Shown here piece by piece: positions 13,825 through 27,226 of a stretch of DNA of 64,000 nucleotides. Position numbers and translations under genes: made by a program. Within the stretch, counting starts at the first letter, position 1. Each line of letters begins with the position of its first letter. The notes below the pieces were generated by a model. That model made no database searches. It had not been told where the DNA came from and was given only the letters and a program-made list of their open reading frames with translations. Origin of the DNA: the human T2T-CHM13v2.0 reference genome, Homo sapiens; assembly GCF_009914755.1 (NCBI RefSeq), contig NC_060925.1. One strand, 5' to 3'.

Positions 13825-14900
13825 CTTTGTATGTCTAGCTTCTGCTAGGGTCTTGTCTCATAGTACGTAGTGGACAGTGTTCTGATTAACACATGGTTTA
13901 ATCTGACAGATGATAAGTGGTAGCTTAACTTATTTTTCCTTTCCCTTTCAAGACACGTGGTGCCAACACCTTCTTTTCAAGGACAGCATACACTCCCTGA
14001 TAAAAAAGGAGGCTTGTAATAGGTGGCGAAGGACCACTAACTCCCCTGATCTCAGGCAGCAATGGGAGAAGTATTCACTGTTGCTGCCCCTTCTGGCCAC
14101 TTGGTGTATCAGCAGCTAGCTGTGCTGTGACCAGGACAATGCCCAAAGCCACAGCCTGTGAGTTCCAGAAGTCATCAAGCCACTGCTCAGTAGGATAGTA
14201 GGAATTGTCAGAAATCTTACTTTTGGAATATGTAAACTATGTACAAGCAATATAGACCTTACTGTCATAACATAGACCACAGAGAGAGTCGTTTGAACAC
14301 TTTTTTTCAGGGGTGTGGTATTTATAGTATGTATGATCTAAATCTACAATTATGTATGTACTTTACTGTTTAGTAATGCTTTGTTTTATTTTGTCCTTTT
14401 CAAAGAAATAATCTCAAAAAGTGTAACATTTAAGGAAATATTAAATATTGAATTTTCATGTCTTAAAAAAGTTGATGGTGAAGATGCAAATTGCACAAAT
14501 TATTGGTGCACATTTACCATCTACCTGAAATCTACCAGAAGGCACACATATTCTGAAGAAGCATTAGCATTTAATTCAAAAGTTAGTGATTATTTTAAGA
14601 AGACTATTTCCAAAGATGTCAATTTAACAAGTATATACAGCTGCAGAAGTTTCATAATCAACTCTGAGAAGCATGACTTTTCATTTGGATCAATGTTCTA
14701 ATAAAATTAAGAAACCTCTGGAGCAGAACTCTAGTTAAAATTGGTTGCACTAACCTGTTATTCATAAAGTGTGTCCCAACATGCTTAGATATCAAAATAG
14801 AAGCAGTATTTAAAGCAGCTAAATTATAAATCTTTGTGACAACATTCATGTTTAATTTTTTTTAAGTTTCAGTATGGCAATGCATGTTTTATCTTTTTAC

Positions 14901-15273
14901 AACAAAGGACTGAATGTTTATGTCCCACTAAAAACTATATGTTGAAATTTGAACCCCAAAGCGATGGTATTAGAAGGTGGGACCTTTGGAGGGTTATTAG
15001 GCTGTGATAGTAGAACCCTTATAAATTGGATTAGTTTCTTTATAAGGGATTCCAGAGAGAGAGATCCTTCACCTCTTCTGCCATGTGAGGACATAGCAAA
15101 AAAGTGGCCATTTATCTAGGAACCAGGATACAGCCCTCCACCGACACCAAATCTGCTGGCACTTTGATTTAGGACTTCTCAGCCTCCAGAACTGTGAGAA
15201 ATAAATTTCCATAGTTTATAAGCCACCCAGTCTATGGCATTTTTTTTTATGGCAGCCCCAACAGACTAAGACA
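14901..15273 (+). mobile_element. MLT1A/MLT1A0 MaLR solo LTR
   Basis: ggactgaatgtttatgtcccac...ccatgtgaggaca...cagcctccagaactgtgagaaataaatt...gactaagaca. Confidence 0.9.
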
Positions 15274-15432
15274 CTCATCATTAGATTTGTAAAATGTTTT
15301 CATTTTTAAAGAACTAATTTGTAGATCAACCTAAGTATCTTACAATAATATTGAACCTTATTGTAAAACAGTCCTCCAAATTAAGGTTGAATTTTGTTTG
15401 AAAGAAATTGCAATTTTTTATTCAAAATGTTT

Positions 15433-15923
15433 GACACATGCACGAGTATGTTCATTGCAATACTATTCACAACAGCAAAGGCAAATCAACCTAAATGCCT
15501 GTCAATGGCAGATTGGATAAAGAAAATGTGGTACATATACACCATGGAATACTATGCAGCCATATAAAAGAACAAGATCATGTCTTTTATGGGAACATGG
15601 ATGGAGCTAGAGGTCATTACCGTTAGCAAACTAATGCAGGAATGGAAAACCAACTACCGCATGTTCTCACTTCTAAGTAGGAGCTAAATGAAGGGAACTC
15701 ATGAACACAAAGAAGGGAACAACAGACACTGGGGCCTACTTGTGGGTGGAGGGAGGGAAGGGGGAGAGGAGAAGAAAAAATAACTATTGAGTACTAGGCT
15801 TAGTACCTGGGTGATGAAATAATCTGTACAACAAACCCCTATGACATGAGTTTACCTATATAACAAATCTGCACATGTACCCCTACACCTAAAATAAAAG
15901 TTAAAAAATAAAATAAAATAAAA
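15433..15923 (+). mobile_element. L1PA13-15-type LINE-1 3' end
   Basis: ORF2 end plus 3'UTR gaacacaaagaagggaacaacagacactgggg...ctgggtgatgaaataatctgtacaacaaacccc...aaaataaaagtt and A-rich tail. Confidence 0.92.
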
Positions 15924-18124
15924 CCGCTTTCATTAAAAAAAATGTAAGGGAACACCAAATAATTTCAACTTTTGAAATGGATATCAAATTGTAACTATTG
16001 AAAGAAAAGGTTGACACCAGAAAAACGATGAAATTTAATCCCACAAAAGCAAAGGAAGAACTGAACAAACTAGATGATAGGAGATGAAAGGCATAAAACA
16101 TTTAGTTTTGAAATTCTATAATTACATTTTGGAATATGTTGACCTCTGGGAAGAATCTTGTGATGGGGCTCCCTTTTTTACTATTGGATAATCTTATATT
16201 CTGTACTGGAATAGAACTATGTTGAGGTAGCCTTCCAATGTGGAGATAATTCATTGACAAATTTTGTTTTGTAAAATTATTTTTTGAAGAAATGGATGCA
16301 AAAAGATAGTACATGTGAAAACATTTGATATAAAATATTTATATATTTAAATACTTTTAAATGGTTTCAAGAATATCTTCCAATCAGCAGATATACTCTG
16401 AGCTTACCACTTACCCCAATACCTGAGGAATTTTCTCAATTAGAAATAGTATTGCCTATAAAGAAAAGTCAGTTGAAGTTATCAACAATTCTAAATTTAT
16501 TAAGCATAAGATGTAGCTTTGAGGGAGACTGCAGTCAACTTTATAAAAAAAATTGAATAATAAGCCATATTAAGAAGTCTTCTTTAGAAAAATACTTATA
16601 GTATTAGAGATTGATACAATCAATAAATGAAATTTGCACTCGTTCATGTATGAAAAGATATACCAAAAATAATGATTGACCTATGTTATTTTCTGTGTTC
16701 ACAGAACCAATATAAAGGAATTTTATCTTACTTTAAGTATATGATACTTGTTCCTTGTATTTTTTTAAAACATTCACCTTTTTTGGAAGTAATTGTTGAA
16801 TAGAACTAATTCATATATTCTCCCATATCATAAACCCATTCGTAAGTTAATAAATGCATATTTCAAAAGTTATATAGTCTGTATTATTTTAGTACTCCCT
16901 TCCACTCTACCAACTTTACACTTACCTCATGGGCAAGTCTTGTTTCTCATGGACAAAGTGGTAGACAATTTCTCTCTCAATGTAACAAGGAGAGCCTGTA
17001 TCTCAGAGCTCCTGCCCCAGTGGCTGTATTGTCCTGAAACAGTCGTGATTTAGGGACTTCCCAGAAAATGGAACAGACACTAGCTGGAGCCTCATCCTAG
17101 ATTTTAACATTAACTCATGGAAACATAAACTCCAAGCTAGAAAGAAACTAAAGAAAGAATGCAATTTAGACCTGTCCTACAACTGCAACTTCCACTCTTA
17201 GATTGGTATAGTGCACCAGAAAAATCAGCCTCAACTCTTTTTCCAAACAGTAGATCTTGGAAACTAGAGGGGGAGCAGTTTCTCAATCAAGGCATCACAA
17301 TAGCAAATGTAATTTTATGGACACACTAGGCCTTCACTGCAGGAGTAAGTGCCCAGTTGATAAAATATATATTCTGTAACCATGCAGATTTTTGCAAAAA
17401 TAAATGTATTTTTAAATAAAGTCATTCATAGACTATAGATATGTTAAGTATCTCTCAATGTGTTCTCTCAATCAAACATATTGGTTATAAAAATTGGAAT
17501 TCATCAGCATATTACACATTTATGAGAATCTGCCTTCTCTACAGAGGGCAAAGGCACAGGACAGATGGCAGGTGTGGGACTGGCTCAAGCTGGGAGAAAG
17601 TCTTGATTGGGAACTTTAAACCAATACCGAAAACGATACATTTAAAATTTCTATTACACACAGAAATAATGGCTTTTTAAACATGTTTATAAAACTTAAC
17701 AGTCAGTGTAAAAATTATGGAATTAGCATTTCCAAGTCCTTTTATTTGGTATCTTAAACAGCGGGATTGTTTTATTAAGCAGAGAACTGATTTTAGACAT
17801 ACTGTTTTTAGATTTTTCTCTTTATTGGAGCATATCGTATTTGTCAATTTTTAAGAGGACTGCCCTATCTGAAAATATGTACCCTTCTGAATCTGGACTT
17901 GATTGCATATTAATAAACCACCAGAAATGATAAACATTTTCAAGAGGTAGTAGAGGATATGAAAGTAGATTTTCTACTTTTTGAATAAGTTGATTGTCTT
18001 CTCTAACATATCGTAAAGACAGGAGGAGCAACCTGTGGATAGCAAAGCTTGAAGTTCTTTCAAACACAATTGTCTTTCCTTAGCTATGAGTCTTGTCTAC
18101 AAGAAAATCTACTGGTAAGGAAAA

Positions 18125-18358
18125 AACAATATTAAGAGCCTATTATGCATTGAATGATTTGCATACCTAATTTTACTAATTTCTACTGAAAATATTCATT
18201 TTTAAGATGAGAAAATTTCAGCTTAGAGAGGCTGAGTAGCTGGCTTAAAGTCTCCCATATAGTAAGCAATATTTATATATTTAAATACTATATGAGATGG
18301 CAAACCCAAATGCATGCGACCACAGGATGCATCCTCCTTCATCCCATCACACAGCCTT
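18125..18358 (-). mobile_element. MIR SINE
   Basis: catttttaagatgagaaaatttcagcttagagaggctgagtagctggc core. Confidence 0.65.
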
Positions 18359-19159
18359 CTTCCTAGTGTCTTTGCACATCTATTCTTTATTCAAATCTCA
18401 CCTGGAATGACAATGATGTGCAGGGAAGAGAGGGAAAGACACTCACACATTTGAAAGCCTTCATGAGACTCAGTTGCCCATGTTCACTGTAAGCTCAGGG
18501 TAAGACCATGTCTGTATTATTCATTCACCACTATATACTAAGTACCTCATTCTATACACATGGCATACAGAGGCCAGCAATATTTAGAGGGATTCAATAA
18601 TTTTTGTTATGTTTTGAAAGTCATGAGTAAAAATCGTAGTTGGTGAGGGGAATGGAGAGAAAGACTGAAACTGTATTTTTGACGCTATTGGCTCACAGTT
18701 GAATTAACCTTTCCACCGTTTTTCCAGTCATTCATTCAATAAATACTTATTTTCATGAGTTCTGGGCATGAGGGATATAATAGTAAACATGTTGTCATCT
18801 TCAAGGAGCTGACATTCTCAGCAATCAAGAAATCTCACAATCAGTTTTGAGTCCCTGCAGCTGCCCTGTGAGATAGGTGAAGTGGGTGTTATTTATAACT
18901 TGCTGACTCTCTCCTATGTTGCAAACATGTCTAACTCATGCAATTTTCTTCGACAAAGTACATCAATGGCTCAAATAACTGAACATGTATTTTGTTATTC
19001 CAGATTCCCTTTTGTCCTCAACACAACATAATAATTTTGTATTATTTTATTCACTAATTTTCCTAACAGTGATGCACACATGCATACACATACACACCCT
19101 GCTACTACCGACCCCGATTCCATCCCTTCCTACCCTTCCACCACAGTGCTTAATTGAGA

Positions 19160-19390
19160 ATTATCATTACTGTGTGTGATGTGCTTATATGGTTGACACC
19201 TGGGCCTTGTTTTATATTATTTTTAATCTTTCCAGTAACCTCAGGAAGTAGGTATCACTATCCTGGATTTAAAGATGGAAAAACTGCAGTTAAGGAGATG
19301 ATTTTCCTCAAGACCGCAAGGCTAGTTAGCAGCTGAGTTCAGGTACCCGTGCATACCTGTCTTGGTCTTGTCTGGGTTTTCTTACTACAT
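19160..19390 (-). mobile_element. MIR SINE
   Basis: taacctcaggaagtaggtatcactatcc...aagatggaaaaactgcag. Confidence 0.7.
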
Positions 19391-19419
19391 GATGGCTCTG
19401 GCAGGCTTTCTCAGACACG

Positions 19420-20037
19420 ATTCTCTTCTGCCTTTAATCCATTCTCCACAGCTTCACCAAAGTTCTATTTTCAAAGCACAGGTTTGATCCTGTAGCTATC
19501 CTCACAAAGTATTAATGGATCAGCTCAGCTTTTAGGATAAAACGTGAAAACCTCTGCGTGAAACGCAGGGTCCTTCCTGACTGTCCCCAGACTCCTTTGC
19601 CAGGGTCTCCCAGGCTGCTCTTCCCCGCCAAGTGTTTCTTCCCACAACACAGCTGTCCTTTTCCTGGCTGTTTGTTCACACACTTCATCTCTGCCCTATC
19701 CTTTTTCTCTCTCTCTAGCAAAACCCCACTCTTCCTTTCATACCTACTTCAAAGGATTCCTCTTTTGGAAAGCTCTCTGTGGCTTCTCCAGAGAGTTACT
19801 CCCTCTTCTAGGCACCCATGGCACTATGTATTAACAGAGTCATTTGTCACATGGGTTTGTTTACTTGTTATCACCTTTGTTTACTTGTCTTCCCCTTTCT
19901 CCCTTACTTTCCCCTGCACCACTACAGTGGACTCCTCGAGGGCCGAACCAAGTTTCTATTTGCCTGTATTCCTGGAGCATAGCCCTGGCCTTGTCACAGA
20001 GTAAGGTCTGAGAAATCCTAAGTGAATGATAAGTGAA
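19420..20037 (+). mobile_element. L2 3' region
   Basis: aatccattctccacagc...taggataaaa...ctcctcgagggc...gtgaatgataagtgaa. Confidence 0.7.
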
Positions 20038-23000
20038 GCTTTCTTTCATGCTCCTTCCTCAAGCCAGCTGAAGGATGGCCAGAAGTGATCCCCGCAACTG
20101 TGAGAAGAGCCAGCCTCCGGGGTGGTGGTGGCCCCAGCCAACCTCGAGATATTGCCCAGTAGAAATGTAATTTTCAGATTGTCTTGATGTGACTTGATCA
20201 TGTGATAATTGACTGATTGTGTAATGTAAAACAGTCTGGCTATGAATAGGCCACTCTCAGAGATGAAACGTAAATGAGAGACTGTCTGCATAATCAGTGT
20301 GTAAATGCAAGCATGGTACCCACATTCCTTTTTATTTTTAAAGAGCTGAAATGAGAAGAGCTTCCCCTTCCCAAGGCAGTCTCTCTCAGTCTCTCTGTCT
20401 TTCTCTCTCTCTCTTTTCTTCTCACTAATAAGCTTTGAACAATTTGGTGGAAAGGTGTGATATTGCTCTCACAGACAAATAACCAAAAAGTCATAATGTT
20501 GATGTGATTATATCTCACTGACTAAAAGGAATTAAAGGTAGATTCTTTTTATTAGTTTACTGATCCTGGGCATCCAACACCTCATAACTGCTCAATATAT
20601 CATGCTAGTTAATCATTCTTGTCATTATCTTTAATGTCTTATTAGCGGGCTTCATTCATCTGGTTTTTATCTGTTTCATTGGAAGCAGTTTTAATCTCAT
20701 TTCAGCGGCGCTGATGATAAGCCTGTTAGTTTGCACAAATTGGTTTTGTTGACAATGTGTAGATAGCAATAATGTGTGATTTCCAAATGGAAAAGAGAAA
20801 TCTATACAAGTCCAAAAAGGCAGGTGAAGACAGCAAAGGAGCTGCGAAAGTTGGAGACGGTACCCTCAGTTTCCTAACGGAAAAGTAGAGAAGGTGGAAA
20901 AGAAAGTGAGAGAAAAATAAAACAGGAAACTCAGATAAATTGCTACAGCCCTCCCCCCACCACCACCTTTCACCCAGCCACAGGACTCAGGAATGCTAGC
21001 TGTGATAGCTGCATCATCAGACCACTGGGCAACCTAACTGACTCAACAGTGTCCCATTGCAGAGGTAGAAGAAGGTAGCATATGCCCAACTCTCAAGATT
21101 CCACTGAGAGTCTGTTCTCTGTACAACCAGACATCGTCCCTCACAGACCTTCTCGAGTCTTCCCTCCTGCTCTAGGGGACTTAATATGAGGCTGTCTTTG
21201 TGCAATTTATCCAGCTAATGGAGCAGCTTGATCACTTCCACCCAACATTAGATTGGCCTGACACTGGCCCTCTTAGAATAAAGGAGACAATAAGCCCATC
21301 AGGCTCTGACTCAAAATTGCATTAAGTGCAGATGTTAAAGTAAATACAGTTTCCTCTGGTTCCCAGATTACAAGTCATCTTCTGGCAAGGGGAAAAATCA
21401 ATAACCCACCCATCTGAGCAGGAAATCTTGGAATGGCTATCTGATTTAAGAAGGCAGCCTCTCTTGAATTTCCTGATTCCTTCGCTTTTGGGGCCCAGGT
21501 ACCAAAGCCAGGAAATGAGGCTTTGTGTGTATTACAGCACGGGCCCCTTTCTTGGGAGCTCTGATCTGGAGGCAGGTGTCTGAAAACCAGAATCACCCTC
21601 CAAATGGACTGAACTCTCTATCTGACACACCCTTCACAAATTTAAAAAAAAAAAAGAAAAAGGAAAGGAAGCATTTCAAGGGAAATGTGTGTCATAAAAG
21701 GCTTCAAAATCACTTGTCTCTGAGACAAACAAATACTAGCCGAATACAGACAGTCGATTACGTGGTGGTGTTTGGGGCGGGAGAGTGCTAATATTATTCC
21801 AAAATCCCAAACTGCCAAAACACTTTGCAGTTTCATTTTCAGTCCCTCTGCTTTTCTAGGAACGTTTGGTCCGTGTTTGTCTGATTCATTCTCACAACTC
21901 CAAATGTTCATATAAAGTCTGCTTGTAAGATCCTGAGACTTTTTTTCCAGAAACCCAGAAGGTTACATTTCCACCGAACCTAAGTGAAGTGGCAACTCCT
22001 CTCTATTTTAGAATGTGAAAGTCTTCACCAGACATTTCAGGTAGTCTAAGCTCAGAAATTCTCACAATCCTCCTTTATCCCATGCTCTGATATTCCTGGT
22101 TTAAAAGCATAGATATCTTGTAACTATTCTGTGTGAGCAAAGAGTTGGGATAAAGTTTAATACCCCGCTTCTGATCTGAGCCTCGGAGGAAAACGGAATC
22201 TCAAGACCACAGCACAAATAAACTGATTTCCAGCAAGTTCCAATAGCATACATTAGAGAGAGCTGAGCCCTGCCTCCTGAACGATGTGGCCACCAGGCGC
22301 TTGTTGCCAGCAGTAACATCAAGAATCCAGTAAATCAGCTAGATTTGCGTTTTTATTCAACTTTATGTTGTTCCTTATATGGAAATGATAGCTTAGGACA
22401 GCTGGGTACTTGCCTAGGGACATATGAGTATAGCGTCCATAATTGCCCAACCCAAATGGGGACATATTGCTTCTGCACATGGTCTGACAAGAGCATGGCC
22501 TTGTGAAGCCAGATTTGGCCTCTACAATCTAGGACCCAATACCAGCACGAGACAAACAAAGAGAGCCATGGAGCCTGCTGTCAGCGCTGTCTGTTCTGGA
22601 AGTTCTCATGGAGATTTAACTTGTACATGTGTGTCTTTGTTTCTCTTCTAAACCATGCTGCTAACTCTTTGGAACAAAGTGCACTTTTGCCCAGTGTGGT
22701 CTGCTTAACAGCCAGTGTGTACCATCTGTATTTAAATTTGTTGTCTTGTGGTTTTGGAGATGAACTGAAAACCTTTCAGTGACCACCCTCCCCTCCCCCA
22801 CTGGATTTCCCACTTTGAAATCCAGCTTCTTAAGGTGAGGGCTCAGATCTTTGATTATTTTCTGCCACCCCACACTGCCACAGAATGCACTGCCAAGTGT
22901 CCACATAGCATTGAGAGTCTTGTGAAGATCTATGCCAGCAGCACCAATGCAAAGCCAAGCCTGCTTTAGGTGTGCAGAGGGTACCATACTTGACTAGAGA

Positions 23001-23395
23001 AGAAGGACCTCATTCCTCTACTCCTCCATGTCCTTACAATAACCAGAAACTGCATGTGTAAGGATGCCTATCTGTGTAAAGTGCCGAGTGCCTAGGAGTC
23101 AGATCCATTAATAGCCTGATCCAAGTTTGCAAGTGCTGTTGGAAAACAAGAGCCAGGAAAAACAGACATGTGGTAAATGGTCCATCTGCCTAGGTCTAGA
23201 ATCCAGATATTGCCAACCTGATGTCAGGAACTCGGATGGAACTGCTGACTGGGGTTCCTGCCAAACTTCTTCAAAACTTTTTGCTGTACAGCTGACACCT
23301 ATTTGAAAGTTTCTCCCTCCTTCATCCCAGAGAGATAATGTAAGGTTTATCTGACCTGTGTGCAGAGGAAAAACAAAAATAAAAGTAAGCTGTGA

Positions 23396-23702
<307 letters not shown>

Positions 23703-24929
23703 AGTAAGCTGTGTTGCTCACTCTCCATTAGCCTGTTCTATGGCAGTCACAGAACAGAGTTTTTGTGCCTCTGTCCTCGTGTGATTACAAACATCTCTCT
23801 AACTGCAGGTGGTGTCTGCTGATTCTCTGAGCTCCTCTCTGACAGCTGCTGAGGCCACAGACACCTGAGATGGAGGTGCAGATCCCTCGGAAGAGGCTTC
23901 AGATCTCACACCATCTCTCTGCCAAAGCTGGTTGCAGTGCTCCAGGACTCTCTGACGTTGCCTGGTGCTGGTGACAACCAGTGAAGCAGAGCTTTCTGTA
24001 ACACCACTTCTTGTATTGAATTTATTGTAGAATCTGGACCCTGAAGAATAGGTATCAGAATTTTCCCTTTCTTTCTCACTGAGGTATTGTCCCAGACCAA
24101 GCTTGTACTCCTCGATCTTCTTTCTCTAGGACATAATCTCTCCCAACATATCCTCAGTATCTCATACAAGTGGATACCAGGGAGACATTGAGGGTGTCTC
24201 CCCAGGTGCCCAGTTTTAGGATAAAACAGCATAGGTTCAAAGTGAGACTGACCCCAGCCCTTGAATATATCCACAGCTACCCATCCCAGGGTTCAGGATA
24301 CTTTGGGGTATTTCTTCCATTTCCCATTTGATCACATCTATCAAGTTAGATTTAACATTTGGGGAGATGTATGTAACCCAGTAAATGGCCCACTCTTCAA
24401 CTAGATTCGCGTTCAAAGAAACCCAATCTCTTTAAGTTTTTTGAGAATTTTAATGTTTATCAGAGTCTCTTTCAATAAAAGTGTCAAAGGAACCCAATGC
24501 ACAGCCCCCAGTAAAAATTTAAAATTCTCTTTCTCCATTCCTCTGATTCTAACTCTCTCCCACATGCCCTAGCTGATCTGAATCCTTTCCTCAAGAAGAC
24601 ATTCTGGTTGTCTAGGTGAGCTCTTGACTTTTCTCCTTCTTCTTCTATTCTTCTGTCTCTATTCTTTCATTCCTCCCATGAGTAAATCTGTCCTTTTATA
24701 TGCAACCCCTCCGTCCTTGCTTCTCCTTTCGGTCTCTCACCACTCACTGCCAGAATTCTGCACCACAGAAGTCCAAGAGTTGGGCCTCAGAGGGATTCAG
24801 TAATATATCTCACAAGGTAGAAACCTTCCTAGAGAATGAGAGGTGGGAGAAGCTGAGCATGCCAAGACTGTGTTCTCTTAAGTGTTTGGGGTCTAGGGGG
24901 AAAGGGGAACTGTGACTCTCCCATCAACA

Positions 24930-24994
24930 TTAGGTTGGTGCAAAAGTAATTACTTTTAATGGCAAAACCCACAACTACTTTTGCACCAACCTAA
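24930..24994. mobile_element. MADE1 (Hsmar1-derived MITE), internally deleted
   Basis: TTAGGTTGGTGCAAAAGTA...TACTTTTGCACCAACCTAA inverted termini, 3' TA flank; 65 bp versus 80-bp consensus. Confidence 0.95.
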
Positions 24995-25869
24995 TACTTT
25001 TTGTCTCTAATGCATAAAGATCAAGGCCGAGTTTAAAAAGGACTTTTAATCTTATGCCTCTCTCTATGGATTCTAAACCAGTTGAGAAATAGGCCCTGGA
25101 AGTATAAGGAAGTCCAAATATAAATTTATTTGTTGGTGAAACAAGATTGGAGAATCTTAGACTTGTGGTCAAAATAAAGCTCCTTACAGCTTTCTTTCAT
25201 GCTCAATCCACAGGGCTCAGTTGGGGGGAGTGGGGGTTGAAGAGCTGACTGCCTCATGTCTTCCTGAGCTAAAGATCTCAAGGCCCAAGAGACAGAAGGA
25301 CAACTAGACCCTCTTGCAGAAGGGCAGGGACAGAGGGCTGAGAAGGCCTGCAAGAGGTCAAACCATCCTTGTGCCCCTGCCTGTCATCCAGTCTCCCAGT
25401 CAGATAAATCGTCCTACTGCCATGGTCCAAGGCAAAGAGAAGAATGCGAAATCCCTTCCCAATACTTAAAAAGCTGTTTAAAAACCTCAATATTTGCTAA
25501 GTAAGATTATAAACATGGAAATAGGGAGAAAATACTCTGTAATTAATAAGCCATAGTTTTTGCCCACAAAAGCTCATTCTAGACATTGATCTTTCAAAAG
25601 ATTACATTGCCTTTCTTCATTGAAAGAAACAGGCTAGGAAAGAATCAGAAAATAAAGGTTCTAATTCAGACTCTGCCACCATAGTTGGAGTTTCGTGTTG
25701 AGATTTGTTCCCCAAATTATCTCCCAGGCTCAGCAGCCCTGTCATCTCTACACCCAACCCCAAGGGCCAATCTGGGCCCAGTGCCCCGAGTTGTCACTTG
25801 TAAGGGAAAGAGAACACATCTTTCGTAAAAGTTTTATTCACTTAAAAAATTAGCCATGATCTGAAGGTC

Positions 25870-26143
25870 TACAGCAGTACAGTGGCTGAACAGCCTAGAG
25901 GGGCTATGAATTGTCCATAGAGCACTATCTACCTTTGTTCAAATCTTGACCCCATCACTCAACAGTCAAGTGACCTCTGGCAATTACTTAACCTCTCAAT
26001 TTATTTCTCTGTAATATGGGGAATATTAACAGTACAAGCCTTACAACGTGGTTTTGGGAATCAAATGAGTTAATGTATGTCAAACACTTAGAACAATATC
26101 TGGCACATAGGAAGTGACATGAAATGTTTACCAGCATTATTAT
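25870..26143 (+). mobile_element. MIR SINE
   Basis: gttcaaatcttg...gtgacctctggcaattacttaacctctc...aaatgagttaatgtatgt...tggcacatagg. Confidence 0.85.
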
Positions 26144-26199
26144 AGTTTAGTAAATTCAAGCACAGAAATAAATAGAAAATTGTAATGTCATCACCATCA

Positions 26200-26450
26200 T
26201 TTTATGAACATTTCTAGCAACATGAAGATGCTTATGCTTCATAATTAAAAGTCAGAATTAAAATGTTAATGTGTCATTTTGAAACATGTTTAAAAAGTAT
26301 AGAAAACATCTAAAATTGTAACAAAATGCTAATTGGTTATCTTGGATGGTCAGATGATGAAAAGCTTTAATTTTTCTTTATGTTTTCGTGCATGAATTTT
26401 CTATAATAGCATGTATTCACTGTAAAGAAGACAAAATGTTTATTTTAATA
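26200..26450 (+). mobile_element. L1ME-type 3' end relic
   Basis: aaaatgctaattggttatcttggatggt...ttttctataatagcatgtattc. Confidence 0.6.
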
Positions 26451-27226
26451 TTTTAAATAATTTTGGTGTCCTGAGTGGATTTACCAGGCAAAACCATCTT
26501 CAACAAAATACCACTCTTCCAATCTGGGTATGTCACACATTATACAGACAATAAATCCTACTTTTGATGGAAGAAAAACATTCCTTTGCCAGCAATAAAT
26601 TACTTTATTTCTATCCCCACCCTCTTACCCCACCCCACAAAAGTTATAAGTGCTGCTCTCTATGGTAGGTGTTTCTCCTGGGGCTGCATTCCATAGCTCT
26701 ATGGTAGGTATCAAATTCTGCTATTCCTTTGAGGGTTTATCCATCCCAAAGACAGTTGCTGCTCGAAGCACGAAGCTTTGTGAACCCCACCTGCCCCCAC
26801 CACCCAATACCACCGAGTCATATTTACCAAAGTATTAAGTATTTGATGACAGAGTGTGCTAAAGGCCAAAAATGACAGCTAAGTTCACACTTCTATTGCA
26901 GCTCCATTTTCCCCTGAAGGTAAAAACTATTTGGAATAATAACAAAACCTGAATAATTCTTGCCACAAGTTCAAGCCTCAGCCTCCAGATTTTTAACTCT
27001 CTGAGTTAAAAATTCCCGAGATAGGAGTTCCCACCTTGACCCTCATCTTTGAATTTTATTTCTAGTTTTGGGGAGCTGGAATTCTTCCCAGTGTTTATGT
27101 GATTAGCTTCTGTAAGCCAGAAGAGCTATCTGCTAAGGGGATCGCAGGACTCATTCTACTTGTTTCGGCATCCAACCCAAAGAAAAAGCAACTACCTGGA
27201 CAAATGTTGTCATCCAAAGTTTAAAT

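Larger units (their letters stand above)
14250..16800 (+). mobile_element. BLACKJACK-type hAT DNA transposon with decayed transposase, interrupted by MLT1A and L1PA
   Basis: N-terminal ORF 14381-14701 (TFKEILNIEFSCLKKVDGEDANCT..CTFTI...EKHDFSF); 14692-14825 frame NVLIKLRNLWSRTLVKIGC; 16395-16554 frame LSLPLTPIPEEFSQL...KSQLKLSTILNLLSIRC resembles the hAT C-terminal dimerisation domain. Confidence 0.75.

Noticed and set aside
22285-22302. CTCF-like gtggccaccaggcgctt (also weaker sites near 2781 and 62910)
   Set aside because: Missing core G positions or the 5' CC; much poorer than the 33299 site
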